A DNA stretch of 64,000 nt from Magallana gigas (lineage: Eukaryota). Made by a program: the position numbers and the translations under genes. Of this stretch, positions 62,860-64,000 are shown piece after piece. The DNA lies in the NCBI RefSeq assembly GCF_963853765.1, contig NC_088859.1:12648001-12712000 (forward strand), in the 5' to 3' direction. The notes below the pieces were generated by a model. That model was not told where the DNA came from. It made no database searches and saw nothing but the letters and a program-made list of their open reading frames with translations. Numbering within the stretch: the stretch's first letter is position 1; every line of letters starts with the position of its first letter.

Positions 62860-63438
62860 GTATATTGATATGAGTTGCATGGGATGGGTAAGCGTAGAAC
62901 CAGACATAGAACATAAAAATACTTCTTCTTTGTTTATTCCCTTACAGTATTTACAGGCTCCTTAAAAAGTGGAGAAGATCATCTCGTTCAATATTAAATT
63001 TTCTATTTGTAAATTTATTGTTGGCTGTAAGAAAAGGGGGAGTGCCCCCCTTTTATTTTTGCCCCTTTCGCCCTTGCTGTCAAAGTGCGAATTTAAGACT
63101 ATACTCTGTCCCAAGATATTTAGGATTCACATTTGGCTTAATTGCTTGATATTTATAAATACCTCAGGATTTAAACAATGTTCATTCAAAAGTATGAACA
63201 ATTTCCAAGATTTCTCAGTCAAAACACCCCTGTTAGCTTATCAGGTTTCAATACAATGCTAAAAAATGTGATGTCTACGGAGATTTTGTATTGCAGCAAG
63301 CCCGGATGATAATGTTGAAATATTGCGCGATGTATTCCAAGTGTAGAAAAGATGTAAACATTCCCCATTATAAACCTCCGTAAGGAATCTGTTTTCGTTC
63401 ATGTGATTTTTTTCCGAGTGAAAGATGATAATGTGTCA

Positions 63439-63495
63439 ATGAAATTATCTTGGAAAATATCCCTTTCAACTATTTTAATTGCACTTCTTTCACAG
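63439..63495 (+). CDS. Signal-peptide exon of a further gene (MKLSWKISLSTILIALLSQ), possibly a tandem paralogue
   Basis: ATG, basic N-region and hydrophobic core, CAG|gtaagt donor, phase 0 like the 58571 exon. Confidence 0.6.
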
Positions 63496-64000
63496 GTAAG
63501 TGTATTTTTATTAAAAATCGTCCAAATGTGCTGCATAAATATCTTGGGACAGACGTACCATAGGCGAATTCTATAATATATTGCAAATAATATCTATGTT
63601 AACACAACTATCTCTGGGCAAATTCAAGACGGGGCGAAACCGTTTGCAATTGTTAAAGGGTGAAAATAACAAGGGGCGAAATAACCCTTTTTACAGTATG
63701 TGGCCCATGATCCTCTTGTAATGTTTGCAATCTTATTCATTAAAACAAATTCAATGTCAAGAAAAAGAAACTGACTCTGAAGCATGTCTGTAAGTTTTTT
63801 AGTCTACGTACTACATTTGGTATTATGAAAAAAAAAAAACCAAATTGTAAAAATGTTTTTTGTGGTGTTATAAGGATGGTTGCATGATATGCTTGCTCAT
63901 TCCTCACTTTTGAAAATATGAACATGTTTATCATTATATACTGAAACCAAATCCCTTCACAGTCAACAATGTTTGAATGCATATATTACTAAATTTAATT

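Noticed and set aside
711-63982. The remaining short (60-120 aa) ORF-track entries
   Set aside because: Mostly non-ATG starts, low complexity or AT-biased, inside introns or repeats, or antisense shadows of real CDSs

Overview
Strongly AT-rich, intron-containing animal genomic DNA, probably a bivalve such as an oyster (inferred from the Helentron-associated repeats with ~168-bp satellite arrays). There are two N gaps near 50 kb. (1) 1-17.1 kb, minus strand: the 5' part of a spectraplakin gene (shot/dystonin/MACF1/plectin family). Four exons encode the whole CH1 actin-binding domain, and three phase-1 alternative first exons sit within 900 bp. The gene continues beyond the left edge. (2) 22.9-53.4 kb, plus strand: three tandem paralogues of an unusual gene with an intronless CDS. 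The predicted architecture is about 5 N-terminal TM helices, an Ig-like domain, a degenerate second Ig-like repeat, one TM helix and a cytosolic TIR domain. Copy 3 (51043-53364) is intact. Copy 2 has two frameshifts. Copy 1 is heavily disrupted, with a 540-bp multi-hairpin insertion and a 258-bp triplication. This family is the strongest candidate for an undescribed system. (3) 58.6-63.5 kb, plus strand: a gene with a signal-peptide exon and two exons resembling the Notch-ligand N-terminal (MNNL/C2) domain, followed by a second signal-peptide exon. Intergenic DNA holds many non-autonomous elements: HINE/Helentron-like, TTAA-flanked MITEs, RTE LINE fragments, tRNA-derived sequences and long-hairpin elements. 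All domain calls come from reading motifs by eye; no searches were run.
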